Origin: Clostridia bacterium
GTDB taxonomy: Bacteria > Acidobacteriota > Terriglobia > Terriglobales > Acidobacteriaceae
Direction: 5' to 3'
Length of the DNA: 64,000 nt
NCBI GenBank assembly: GCA_035627675.1
Contig: DASPLH010000062.1
Location: forward strand, 1,500 to 65,499
Shown piece by piece: positions 9,884-20,745 of this stretch (positions are counted from its first letter, which is position 1; each line of letters starts with the position of its first letter). The notes beneath the pieces are model-generated. The model saw only the letters and a list, made by a program, of their open reading frames with translations. It did no database searches and was not told the origin of the DNA. Made by a program: the position numbers and the translations under genes.

Positions 9884-10558
9884 ATGTGCCCGCCCGAAGA
9901 TCCGCGTCCGGAAGATCCACGCTTCGTGGCCGCGCGTGAGCGCATGGTCGCCGAACAGCTGAGCGCGCGCGGCATTCACAGCGGAAGAGTTTTGGCCGCG
10001 ATGTCGTCGGTTCCGCGACAGGTGTTCGTCGCCCGGCAGTTCTGGAACGAAGCGTACGAAGACCATCCCGTTCCCATCGGCGAAGGCCAGACGATTTCGC
10101 AACCGTACATCGTGGCCGCGATGCTCGAGTCCCTCTCCGTTGAGCCGGAGGATCGGGTGCTGGAGGTCGGCACGGGAACCGGCTACCAGGCGGCGTTGCT
10201 GGGGCATCTCGCACACTCGGTCGTGAGCATCGAGAGACAGCCGCAACTCGCCGAGAACGCGCGCTCGAACCTTGCCCTGCTGGCGTACAGCAACGTCGAG
10301 GTGATCACGGGCGACGGCAGCCTCGGGTACCCTCCGCGCGCGCCGTACGGCCGCATCATCGTTGCCGCCGCCTCCCCGGCGCTTCCGCGAGGGCTGTTCG
10401 AGCAGCTGGCCGAAGGCGGACGCATGATCGTCCCGGTCGGCAACCGCGACGCGCAGGTGCTGCGGCTGGTCCGAAAGATCCATGGAGAGCCGCACGTCTC
10501 AGACCTCGAGGCGTGCCGCTTCGTCCCGCTCCTGGGTGAGTCGGGATTCAAGCTGTAG
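9884..10558 (+). CDS. pcm: Protein-L-isoaspartate O-methyltransferase
   Basis: Has GQTISQPYIVAAMLE and the SAM-binding motif VLEVGTGTGYQAALL. Starts 2 nt after the tamB stop. Confidence 0.9.
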   Translation: MCPPEDPRPEDPRFVAARERMVAEQLSARGIHSGRVLAAMSSVPRQVFVARQFWNEAYEDHPVPIGEGQTISQPYIVAAMLESLSVEPEDRVLEVGTGTGYQAALLGHLAHSVVSIERQPQLAENARSNLALLAYSNVEVITGDGSLGYPPRAPYGRIIVAAASPALPRGLFEQLAEGGRMIVPVGNRDAQVLRLVRKIHGEPHVSDLEACRFVPLLGESGFKL

Positions 10559-10570
10559 GCGGGAGACCGT

Positions 10571-11179
10571 TCAGGACGAAGCTTCGGCGGAGTGTGCCAT
10601 GCCCGCCTCGCGGATGGCCTTCCACAGCTCATCCTTGCCTTGCCCGGTTTTGGACGAGAACGGCACGATGCGCTCGATGCCGAGTTCGGACTTCAGCGCG
10701 TTGAGCGAGGCCTGCAGGCGCGAGCCGACACGGTCGCTCTTGGTGGCGACCACAAGGAACTTGCGATTGGCCGTCCTGAGGAACTCCACCAGCTGCGCGT
10801 CGCTCCCCTGCGGCGGAATGTTGGCATCTACCAGGCAAAGGCAAAGCGCCAGTGGTGCACGCTCGGACAGATATGGGTCGATGAACGACGACCACTGGTC
10901 CTTCAGTTCCTTCGGAACCCGCGCGTAGCCGTATCCCGGGAGGTCGGCGAAAACCAGCTCAGGTCTCGGATGCCCGGGCCAGCGCACATCGAAGAAGTTG
11001 ATCGTCTGGGTGCGTCCCGGCGTGTTGCTGGTCTTCGCGATCTTCGAGCCTACGAGCGAATTGATGAGGCTCGACTTGCCGACGTTCGAGCGCCCGAGAA
11101 ACGCGATCTCGGGCGGGCCCGGCGCGGGGAACCTTGCAGGGTCGGCAGCGGAGATCAGAAAGCGGGTGAGTACCTTCAT
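10571..11179 (-). CDS. engB: Ribosome biogenesis GTP-binding protein YihA/EngB
   Basis: G1 motif GRSNVGKSSLINSL, plus DLPGYGYA and ATKSDR. Confidence 0.9.
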   Translation of the reverse strand: MKVLTRFLISAADPARFPAPGPPEIAFLGRSNVGKSSLINSLVGSKIAKTSNTPGRTQTINFFDVRWPGHPRPELVFADLPGYGYARVPKELKDQWSSFIDPYLSERAPLALCLCLVDANIPPQGSDAQLVEFLRTANRKFLVVATKSDRVGSRLQASLNALKSELGIERIVPFSSKTGQGKDELWKAIREAGMAHSAEASS

Positions 11180-11239
11180 CCTGATTCCATCTTAACCCGC
11201 GGTCTTCCGCGTTCGGAAGAAGAAGCTCCGGGGCGCGAA

Positions 11240-11269
11240 ATAGCAAGGCCCGCCGAGTTACGGCGGGCC
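11240..11269 (-). terminator. Putative intrinsic terminator downstream of lon
   Basis: Stem GGCCCGCCG (11247-55) pairs with CGGCGGGCC (11261-69). On the minus strand it is followed by TTGCTATTTC. Confidence 0.45.
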
Positions 11270-11290
11270 GTGGCGGGTGCTGTGTTCCCG

Positions 11291-13696
<2,406 letters not shown>

Positions 13697-14004
13697 TCAG
13701 CATCTCCCCGTGTGCCCAAAGGTCGGAAAATCAAGAACTTGCGACAAGCGTTCCGGCCTGTCATTCCAGACGTCCTTGATTGGGGCCCACATTAGCGACC
13801 GTTGAATCGAGCCTACTACATCGACATGGTGGCGGCAACCAACCGGGGTAACGGAAAAGGCGACTTTTCAAGCCAAATTCGCGGCCTTTTGGCCCAGCAA
13901 TCCCATGCCCACTCGCCGCTACTCCGCGTGGCTTCTGCCGGTGTACGCCCTGCTGCCACTGTCAACGGATGCTGGCGGCGGTTCATTAACCAGATGCCCG
14001 CTGA

Positions 14005-14033
14005 AAGCAAACGCCCGGCGGGAGCCGGGCGTT
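14005..14033 (-). terminator. Putative intrinsic terminator downstream of clpX
   Basis: Stem AACGCCCGGC (14010-19) pairs with GCCGGGCGTT (14024-33) around a GGGA loop. The minus-strand tail is TGCTTTC. Confidence 0.5.
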
Positions 14034-14051
14034 CGTAGACGACACTTTGCG

Positions 14052-15341
14052 TCAGCTCGCCTGTTTTTCGATCAGCGGGCTGGAGACTTCGCGCTTCTCC
14101 ACCATCTCACTCGTTACCTCGAAGTCCTTCAGCTTCTTCTGGCTCGGCAGGTGGTACATCAGATCGAGCATCAGTTCTTCGAGAATCATGCGGAGTCCGC
14201 GTGCGCCCACCTTGCGCTGCAAGGCTTCGCGTGCGATCGCGTGCAGCGCCTCGTCGCTGAACCGCAGCTTCACATTCTCGAACTCGAACAGGCGCACGTA
14301 CTGCTTGGTGATGGCATTGCGAGGCCTGGTGAGAATCTGCACGAGCGCGGATTCGTCCAGGTCGGCGAGCACACCCATGACCGGAAGGCGTCCGATGAAC
14401 TCGGGAATCATTCCGAACTTCATCAGGTCCTGCGGCTCCGCCATCTGGAGCAGCTCACTGTCCCGGCGGTTGGCGGCGAGGGCTTCCTGTGTAGCCTGGC
14501 CTTCCTTGCCGTCTTCACCGCTGCGGAAACCGAGAGCGCGCTTGCCAACCCTCTTGCCGATGATGCGCTCGAGTCCGACGAACGCGCCGCCGACGATGAA
14601 CAGGATGTTCGTCGTGTCCACCGGCGTGAATTCCTGGTGCGGGTGCTTGCGGCCGCCCTGGGGCGGAACGTTCGCCACAGTGCCTTCCAATATCTTCAGC
14701 AGCGCCTGCTGCACGCCTTCGCCGCTGACGTCGCGCGTGATGGACGGGTTTTCGTCCTTGCGGCCGATCTTGTCGATTTCGTCGATGTAGATGATGCCGG
14801 TCTGTGCGCGGCCCACATCGCCATCGGCAGCCTGCAAGAGCTTGAGGATGATGTTCTCGACGTCTTCGCCCACGTAGCCGGCTTCGGTCAGGGTGGTGGC
14901 GTCCACGATCGCGAAGGGCACGTCGAGCATCTTCGCCAGCGTCTGCGCCAGCAGCGTCTTGCCCGTACCCGTCGGCCCGATCAGAAGTATGTTCGACTTC
15001 TGAAGCTCGACTTCGCTGGTGCGCTGGCGGTTCATGTAGATGCGCTTGTAGTGGTTGTACACCGCTACCGCCAGCTTCTTCTTCGTCTGCTCCTGGCCGA
15101 TGACGTATTCGTCGAGGAACGTCTTGATCTCGGACGGCTTGGGCAGGTGATTCGGGCCGGTGGAAGTCTGGGTCTCGGTCCTGTCGTCTTCCAGGATGGA
15201 GTTGCAGACGGCCACACACTCATCGCAAATGTAGGCGCGCGGATAATCGCTGGGCGAGGAGATCAGCTTCGCAACAGCATCCTGAGACTTGTGGCAGAAC
15301 GAGCAGCGCAATACTTCTTCGTTACCGGACCTCGATCTCAC
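14052..15341 (-). CDS. clpX: ATP-dependent Clp protease ATP-binding subunit ClpX
   Basis: Zinc-binding N-terminus CSFCHKSQ...CDEC and Walker [13 protein letters not shown] start with AAGGAG upstream. Confidence 0.97.
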   Translation of the reverse strand: MRSRSGNEEVLRCSFCHKSQDAVAKLISSPSDYPRAYICDECVAVCNSILEDDRTETQTSTGPNHLPKPSEIKTFLDEYVIGQEQTKKKLAVAVYNHYKRIYMNRQRTSEVELQKSNILLIGPTGTGKTLLAQTLAKMLDVPFAIVDATTLTEAGYVGEDVENIILKLLQAADGDVGRAQTGIIYIDEIDKIGRKDENPSITRDVSGEGVQQALLKILEGTVANVPPQGGRKHPHQEFTPVDTTNILFIVGGAFVGLERIIGKRVGKRALGFRSGEDGKEGQATQEALAANRRDSELLQMAEPQDLMKFGMIPEFIGRLPVMGVLADLDESALVQILTRPRNAITKQYVRLFEFENVKLRFSDEALHAIAREALQRKVGARGLRMILEELMLDLMYHLPSQKKLKDFEVTSEMVEKREVSSPLIEKQAS

Positions 15342-15708
15342 AAAACGACTCCTTAGGGTTTCCCGATCACGGCATCACGCTTGCCAGCCGGTTCGTTTAG
15401 AGGAAATGTGGTCTGAAGCAGCCTGCCACCCACGGCCCGCTGCGTTCTCGAAGTCTCAGCTTCGACCGACGACTTATCAACCATTGAGATCACTTAGGTG
15501 CTTCTATTTTCGCCTTATTACCTTTTCACGTAAAGGTAACGGGAGGTCAAATTTGGCCCTCCCGTTCCATGCACCATCGATGCGGCAATTTGGGAAAGCC
15601 CCGCCCGTGGCCCGATGCGGGGCTTGTACTCGCAAATGAGACCTCGACGCTTACCCCACATTAGCTGCGCCTTCGGCTCCGCACATGTGGGCCACCGGCG
15701 ACCGGCGA

Positions 15709-15890
15709 CTACTTGTGCTTGTAAATGATGTCGTCGATGATCCCGTACTCGCCCGTGCCGGCGCAGCCGTCGAGACCACTACTTGTGCTTGTAAATGATG
15801 TCGTCGATGATCCCGTACTCGCCCGTGTCGGCGCAGCCGTCGGGACCACTACTTGTGCTTGTAAATGATGTCGTCGATGATCCCGTACTC
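15709..15890. repeat. 70-bp-period tandem repeat carrying three identical copies of the last 42 nt of clpP
   Basis: The string ctacttgtgcttgtaaatgatgtcgtcgatgatcccgtactc occurs at 15709, 15779 and 15849. The third copy is the real clpP 3' end ([13 protein letters not shown]-stop). The two 28-nt spacers differ at 2 positions (c/t and a/g). Confidence 0.9.
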
Positions 15891-16460
15891 CTTCGACTGC
15901 TGAGCGTTCATGATGAAGTCACGCTCAACGTCCCGCTCCACCTTCTCCAGCGTTTGGCCGGTGTGCTTGGCGAGGAGTTGGTTCGTGATCTCCCGCATGC
16001 GCAGGATCTCGCGAGCGTGAATGTCGATGTCGGTCGCCTGGCCGCTCAGTCCGCTCATCAGCGGCTGGTGAATCAGGATGCGCGAGGTGGGCAGCGCGTA
16101 ACGCTTGCCGGGCGCGCCGGCGGTCAGCAGCGTCGCAGCCATCGAGGCAGCCTGGCCGATGCAGATCGTCGCCACGTCGGGACGGATGAACTGCATCGTG
16201 TCATAGATCGCCATTCCGGCCGTGATCGAACCGCCCGGGGAGTTGATGTACAGCGAGATGTCCTTTTCCGGATCCTCAGCTTCCAGGAAGAGCATCTGCG
16301 CGATGATCAGGTTGGCCACCTGGTCGTCGATAGGAGTGCCGAGGAAGATGATGTTGTCGCGCAGCAACCGGGAATAAATGTCGTACGCGCGCTCGCCCCT
16401 GCTGGTTTGTTCGATCACCATGGGCACAAGCATAGGTTCCGGCTCCTTTGGTCGGGCCAC
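15849..16460 (-). CDS. clpP: ATP-dependent Clp protease proteolytic subunit ClpP
   Basis: Has [13 protein letters not shown], the active-site region GQAASMAA, and IHQP. Confidence 0.97.
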   Translation of the reverse strand: MARPKEPEPMLVPMVIEQTSRGERAYDIYSRLLRDNIIFLGTPIDDQVANLIIAQMLFLEAEDPEKDISLYINSPGGSITAGMAIYDTMQFIRPDVATICIGQAASMAATLLTAGAPGKRYALPTSRILIHQPLMSGLSGQATDIDIHAREILRMREITNQLLAKHTGQTLEKVERDVERDFIMNAQQSKEYGIIDDIIYKHK

Positions 16461-16579
16461 CTCACATCTGGTGCTCCCGGAATCCCGCGCAACGGCGGGG
16501 ACAATCGTACTGCTGGAGAGGTTTGCGGAGTCGAAGCGCCGGTCATCGGCTCCCTGGGGCTATGACCGGCCACCCACCG

Positions 16580-17953
16580 CTACGCTGACTGCTGGTAAAG
16601 CAAATCGAGAGCTTTTTCGTTCCGCATCCGTTCGCGAATGCGATCGAGTCCGCCGCTCTGTTCCATGCGGGCGCGAACTGCTTCCGGCGTCTGCTGCATC
16701 TGGCGCGCGACCGCCTCGACTTCCCGTGCGATTTCTTCCTCGCCGATCTCGATGTTCTCGGCGTCCGCAATCTTATCGAGTAGTAGAGATGCTTTCACTT
16801 CGCGTGCTGCCGCCTCGCGTTGTCCTTCCCGGAGCCGGGCGAAATCCATGTTCTTCAACTGCTCCTGGCGAAGCCCCTGGGCGGCGAGCGCGCGCAAACC
16901 GCGATCGAGCCGCTGGTCGATTTGATGCTCGACGAGTACCTGCGGAACCGGGAAGTCGTAACGGTTCACAAGCTCTTCGATCATCCTGTCCTTCGCCTTG
17001 TGCTCCGCCTGGTGGTGCCGCTCGGTTTCCATGCCCTCGCGGATGCGGGTGCGCAGGTCCTCGACCGTCTTGAATTCCTCTCCCAGCTTCTGCGCCCACT
17101 CGTCATTCAACTCGGGCAGCTCGCGCTGGCGGATACCCTTGACCTTCACGTCGTAGTGCACCGTCTTGCCGGCGAGCCGCTGGTCGTTGAAGTCCGCCGG
17201 GTACGCGACGTCGAACGAACGCTCGTCGCCGGGCTTCGCTCCGCGGAGATTCTCCGAGAACTCCTTGATCGTGTTCTCGCCCGCAATCGGAACCAGTACC
17301 TCTTCCATCTCGACCGGCTCTCCGCCGTCTTCCACGCCCGTGCCCTTGAAACTGATCACGGCGTAGTCGCCGTCCTGGAGCGCGCTCTCGCCCTCGACGT
17401 CGATGAACTTCGCCTGCTGCTCCTGGAGGTGCTGGAGGGCGTGTTCGACGTCCTCGTCTGACACCGTAACCTGCTCGCGCTCGATCTTGATGTCCTTGTA
17501 ACCGGGAATCTCGAACTCAGGCAGCACTTCGAAGGTCGCCGTGAACTTCAACGGCTGGCCGTCGTTCATTTCCAGATGCGTAATCTGCGGCTGCGAGATC
17601 GGCGAGAGCTTCTGGCGCTCGGTCTCCTGGCGGAAATACTTGGGAACGAGCTGTTCGATCAGGTCTTTCTGGATGTCTTCCGCGAAGCGCTGCTTCACGA
17701 TCGTCGCCGGAACCTTGCCTTTGCGGAAGCCGGCAACGCGGGCGTGCTTCACGTAGTTCGCCAGGACCTTTTTCTGCTGGTCAGCCACCACTTCGGCCGG
17801 GATCTCAACCGAGATCTCACGCTGGCAAGGGTTTACGGTCTCCGCCTGCTCGGTGCTGGCGTTGTTCTCGTTCTTGGTCTCTTCGGTTGTGCTCAAGGAA
17901 AATGCCTTCAGAAAGGAATGAGCCGGCAAAGCATCCGGCCGCTGGGAACTCAC
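16580..17953 (-). CDS. tig: Trigger factor
   Basis: Has the ribosome-binding motif GFRKGKVP plus FKBP-like and C-terminal domains. The annotated GTG start gives about 40 extra N-terminal residues compared with typical trigger factors, so the true start may be further downstream. Confidence 0.9.
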   Translation of the reverse strand: MSSQRPDALPAHSFLKAFSLSTTEETKNENNASTEQAETVNPCQREISVEIPAEVVADQQKKVLANYVKHARVAGFRKGKVPATIVKQRFAEDIQKDLIEQLVPKYFRQETERQKLSPISQPQITHLEMNDGQPLKFTATFEVLPEFEIPGYKDIKIEREQVTVSDEDVEHALQHLQEQQAKFIDVEGESALQDGDYAVISFKGTGVEDGGEPVEMEEVLVPIAGENTIKEFSENLRGAKPGDERSFDVAYPADFNDQRLAGKTVHYDVKVKGIRQRELPELNDEWAQKLGEEFKTVEDLRTRIREGMETERHHQAEHKAKDRMIEELVNRYDFPVPQVLVEHQIDQRLDRGLRALAAQGLRQEQLKNMDFARLREGQREAAAREVKASLLLDKIADAENIEIGEEEIAREVEAVARQMQQTPEAVRARMEQSGGLDRIRERMRNEKALDLLYQQSA

Positions 17954-18045
17954 GGCAGAGCGAACCCATCACTCCACCAACCACCAAGTCTATTCGTCTG
18001 AACGAAAGACGGTCAAACGGCGGGGGCCTCGAACCGGCGGAACCT

Positions 18046-18075
18046 AAAAAGCGAAGGGCCTGCTCGCGCAGGCCC
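18046..18075 (-). terminator. Intrinsic terminator downstream of the Ser/Thr-rich protein gene
   Basis: Stem GGGCCTGC (18056-63) pairs with GCAGGCCC (18068-75). The minus-strand tail is TTCGCTTTTT. Confidence 0.55.
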
Positions 18076-18101
18076 ACGTGGTTCGTACGCGCCCGAAGGT
18101 G

Positions 18102-18128
18102 ACCCACATCAGCGAAGCAGATGTGGGT
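18102..18128. repeat. CCCACATC/GATGTGGG hairpin element (REP-like)
   Basis: ACCCACATC (18102-10) and GATGTGGGT (18120-28) flank a 9-nt loop. CACTGCTGAGA follows it. Confidence 0.75.
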
Positions 18129-18143
18129 TCCCACTGCTGAGAA

Positions 18144-18782
18144 TTATCGAGGCGTTGTAGTCGTACTGCCGCTGGCGCCTGCCCCGGTCGTGCCCGAGGC
18201 GCTCGAGCCTGTCCCCGGATTCGTGTTGATGGACGAACCCGTTGTGTTGCTGATGGAGGAACCCGATGTGTTGCTGACGGAGGAACCGGTGCCGCCCGTC
18301 GAAGGAGTTGTGGAGATCGCCCCTGCCGTGCCGCTTGATGTCCCAGACGTCCCGGCCGAAGGCGGGCAGTTGGCGGTCGCCGGCCCGCTGGTGGATGTGC
18401 TTCCCGCCGCAGCCGAAGACGGGGTCGCGCCCGTACCGCTGGTCGCGCCCACACCCAGGTTGGGTGAGCTAGTGCCAGTTGTGCTTGCCGTCGTGCTGGG
18501 GCAGGGACTCGTCGTGCCCGTCGAGCTTCCGAGGCCGCTGCTCGATTGAGTGCTGGGCGGAACCGTCGTGCCCGCTGCCGTGCTGCCGACCGTACCGGAG
18601 GGACGCGTAGCGGCCGCTCCCGAGGGAGATGTGATCGTGCTGCCCGTGCCCGCAGCCTGTCCGCTGCCGGCCGTGCCCGTGGACGGGTTCATCACCGTGC
18701 TGCCTGTGCTCGTGGTTCCGGTCTGGGCAAAAGCTACACAGGAGCTTAAAGCCAGAGTTGCCATCAGAAGTCTTGTTCGCAT
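18144..18782 (-). CDS. Secreted low-complexity Ser/Thr/Gly-rich protein
   Basis: ATG at 18782 with GGAGAA upstream. MRTRLLMATLALSSCVAFAQT is a signal peptide. About 190 aa of S/T/G/A/P-rich sequence follow. The longer 345-aa ORF in the track extends into the GC-hairpin repeats and is probably spurious there. Confidence 0.6.
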   Translation of the reverse strand: MRTRLLMATLALSSCVAFAQTGTTSTGSTVMNPSTGTAGSGQAAGTGSTITSPSGAAATRPSGTVGSTAAGTTVPPSTQSSSGLGSSTGTTSPCPSTTASTTGTSSPNLGVGATSGTGATPSSAAAGSTSTSGPATANCPPSAGTSGTSSGTAGAISTTPSTGGTGSSVSNTSGSSISNTTGSSINTNPGTGSSASGTTGAGASGSTTTTPR

Positions 18783-18864
18783 GATTCTCCTCGCCTTGGA
18801 TCGTCTGTGCCGGTCGCAATGGACCGCCTGCAAATTGAGATGGCCAACCCTCCAGGGATGTTGG

Positions 18865-19002
18865 GTGTGGCGCGGGCGTCCCGCCCGCGTTGGCCTTTGG
18901 TGTGTGGCGCGGGCGTCCCCGCCCGCGTTGGCCGTGAGTGTGGCGCGGGCGTCCCGCCCGCGTTGGCCCTTGGTGTGTGGCGCGGGCGTCCCCGCCCGCG
19001 TT
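18865..19002. repeat. Tandem GC-rich hairpin repeats (73-bp unit x2, i.e. four hairpin modules)
   Basis: GTGTGGCGCGGGCGTCC(C)CGCCCGCGTTGGCC modules start at 18865, 18900, 18938 and 18973. Each module holds the inverted repeat CGCGGGCG-TCC(C)-CGCCCGCG. Confidence 0.85.
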
Positions 19003-19061
19003 CTCCCAAGCTCCCGGCAAAAAGCTTGCGACCCCCGTGGCCGGGAGCATCTCTCATAGGT

Positions 19062-19409
19062 ATGTCTCATGAATCCAGCTACACCTTCGATCTCGCGGCA
19101 GAGATGGAGCGCGCCAAGTCGCTTCCGGCTGCGGGCGGACGCGCATCGCTGCCCGTCGTCAGCTATCCCAGCCTCAAACAACTTGTGATTTACATGCCCG
19201 AGGGTTCACGGTGGGACGAGCACTCCACGCCCGGACGTGTCAGCGCACAAGTGCTCCGCGGAAGGGTGGTCTTCTCCTTCATGGACAGCCAGCGTGAGTT
19301 GCGCGCCGGAAACGTCCTGGCGCTCGACAGCTCAGTCAAGCACAGCGTGGAGGCCATGGAGGAATCCTGGTTCCTGCTGACGGTCGCGCGCTGCGATGGC
19401 TTGGCATGA
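19062..19409 (+). CDS. Cupin-domain protein
   Basis: ATG at 19062 gives a 115-aa protein. HSTPGRVSAQVLRGRVVF...GNVLALDSSVKHSVEA looks like a small cupin barrel. Confidence 0.55.
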   Translation: MSHESSYTFDLAAEMERAKSLPAAGGRASLPVVSYPSLKQLVIYMPEGSRWDEHSTPGRVSAQVLRGRVVFSFMDSQRELRAGNVLALDSSVKHSVEAMEESWFLLTVARCDGLA

Positions 19410-19570
19410 CACTGCCCGGCCCCTGCCGGAGAAGTTCCGACAGCATGAATGGTGCTCCCCAGAGTTGGAACCGCGCCAACTCTGGGCCACGCCCCGCCCA
19501 CCCGCGGCGGAGAGAAACTAGCACCCGGCTTGGCGTAACATGGTCCTCAACTGGTCGTACCGTAGATTCC

Positions 19571-20257
19571 ATGCCCTCCAGTCTCGCCATCCTGCATTCC
19601 GAAGTGATTGGGTGCTGCCGTTGCCCGCGGTTGGTCGAATATCGCGAGGCTGTTGGGCGCGAGAAGCGCCGCGCCTACATGGATTGGGAATACTGGGCGA
19701 GGCCCGTTCCCGGCTTCGGCGATCCGCAGGCGCGCGTGCTGATCTTGGGACTAGCTCCGGGAGCACATGGCAGCAACCGTACCGGGCGTCCGTTCACGGG
19801 AGACCAGTCGGGCAAATTCATGTATCCCATCCTCTACCGGGTGGGATTCGCTTCACAGCCAGACGCGACACACCGCGATGACGGCTTGCGGCTTCTCGAC
19901 GCGTACATCACAGCCGCCATACGCTGCGCGCCTCCGGACAACAAGCCGACGCCGGAAGAGATTGCCGCGTGCTCTCCATTTCTCGACCGGGAGTTATCTT
20001 CGCTGAAGCGCGTGCGCGTGGTGGTTGCCTTGGGGAAGATCGGCTTCGATGCGTATCTGAGCTACTTGCAGCGGCAGGGGTTTGCGTTCAAGAAGAGTGA
20101 ATACATTTTCGGGCACGCAGCCGAATACATCATGCCCAACGGAGTCGTGCTGCTGGCTTCGTATCATCCTTCCAACCAGAACACGGCGACAGGCAAGCTG
20201 ACGGCGAAGATGTTTCAGCAGGTGTTCGAGCGAGCGCGAACCATCGTCCGGAAGTGA
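19571..20257 (+). CDS. Uracil-DNA glycosylase superfamily protein (family-5/UdgB-like motifs)
   Basis: Start at MPSSLAILH. Has Fe-S cysteines (CCRCPRL), GLAPGAHGSNRTGRPFTGD, and SYHPSNQN. Confidence 0.8.
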   Translation: MPSSLAILHSEVIGCCRCPRLVEYREAVGREKRRAYMDWEYWARPVPGFGDPQARVLILGLAPGAHGSNRTGRPFTGDQSGKFMYPILYRVGFASQPDATHRDDGLRLLDAYITAAIRCAPPDNKPTPEEIAACSPFLDRELSSLKRVRVVVALGKIGFDAYLSYLQRQGFAFKKSEYIFGHAAEYIMPNGVVLLASYHPSNQNTATGKLTAKMFQQVFERARTIVRK

Positions 20258-20310
20258 GGCAGGGATGCAGCGCGGATGCGGCTGGAGGTTACCTGCGGGA
20301 CACGCAACGG

Positions 20311-20559
20311 CTACGCGGTGAGTTCGCGTTCTCCGCGCTTGCGCTCCAGTTGATGACGCAGCGCCTCGGGGACTTCAGGCCTGGTCAGTTCGCGCAGGAA
20401 CGACAGAAGAAACCACCAGATCAACCCAACCGAAAACAGGAACGCGACGAAAGTTAAGGTCATGGCCGCGGCCACCCCTCTGCCCCGATACAGGGCGAAT
20501 CCGGAAAAGCTTGCTGCTGCGACCGGGGCCCACTGCGGCAGCCAGTTGCTTCTCCACAC
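20311..20559 (-). CDS. Small hypothetical membrane protein
   Basis: 82-aa ORF with one or two hydrophobic helices (MTLTFVAFLFSVGLIWWFLLSF). No recognisable family. The start is uncertain. Confidence 0.35.
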   Translation of the reverse strand: MWRSNWLPQWAPVAAASFSGFALYRGRGVAAAMTLTFVAFLFSVGLIWWFLLSFLRELTRPEVPEALRHQLERKRGERELTA

Positions 20560-20645
20560 GTATGATGCTGAATTTTCGCCGCCAGTTACATATAACGAGA
20601 GGTCGATGAACCCTGGGCGATACTCGAGGCACTGAAGTGCTAAAG

Positions 20646-20693
20646 CTGCTGAGCTGCTGAGCTACTGAGCTACTGAGCTGCTGAGCTGCTGAG
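20646..20693. repeat. 8-bp tandem repeat x6 (CTGCTGAG x2, CTACTGAG x2, CTGCTGAG x2)
   Basis: Read directly from the sequence. Lies in the intergenic gap between the glycosyltransferase stop (20746) and the small ORF start (20559). Confidence 0.9.
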
Positions 20694-20745
20694 GATGGTG
20701 ATCCACATTTGCGGAGCCGCTGGCGCATGTGATGTGGAGCCGAGG

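Noticed and set aside
13697-14051. CIRCE or HAIR heat-shock operator upstream of lon.
   Set aside because: No TTAGCACTC-N9-GAGTGCTAA is present. The only weak resemblances are CTTGTCG...CTTGATT, and the half-sites do not form the expected inverted repeat.
15709-15890. Possible mini-CRISPR or attachment-site duplication (42-nt repeat with 28-nt spacers).
   Set aside because: The two spacers are near-identical to each other (2 substitutions), so this is a tandem 70-bp duplication and not a repeat-spacer array. No integrase or mobile genes flank it.
18015-18050. tRNA-like fragment (GGCGGGGGCCTCGAACCGGCGG resembles a T-arm).
   Set aside because: I could not fold a T-stem with complementary arms or an acceptor stem, and no anticodon arm is present. 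It is more likely chance GC-rich sequence in the tig promoter region.
18865-19002. Possible CRISPR array (regular GC-rich palindromic repeats).
   Set aside because: The modules are contiguous, with no unique spacers of spacer-like length between them. There are only four copies in an A-B-A-B duplication, and no cas genes are present in the window.
18144-19181. Full 345-aa ORF from the track as the coding sequence of the Ser/Thr-rich protein.
   Set aside because: The first 133 codons translate the GC-hairpin tandem repeats (RGRDARAT...-type sequence). An internal ATG at 18782 has a GGAGAA ribosome-binding site and begins a clean signal peptide.
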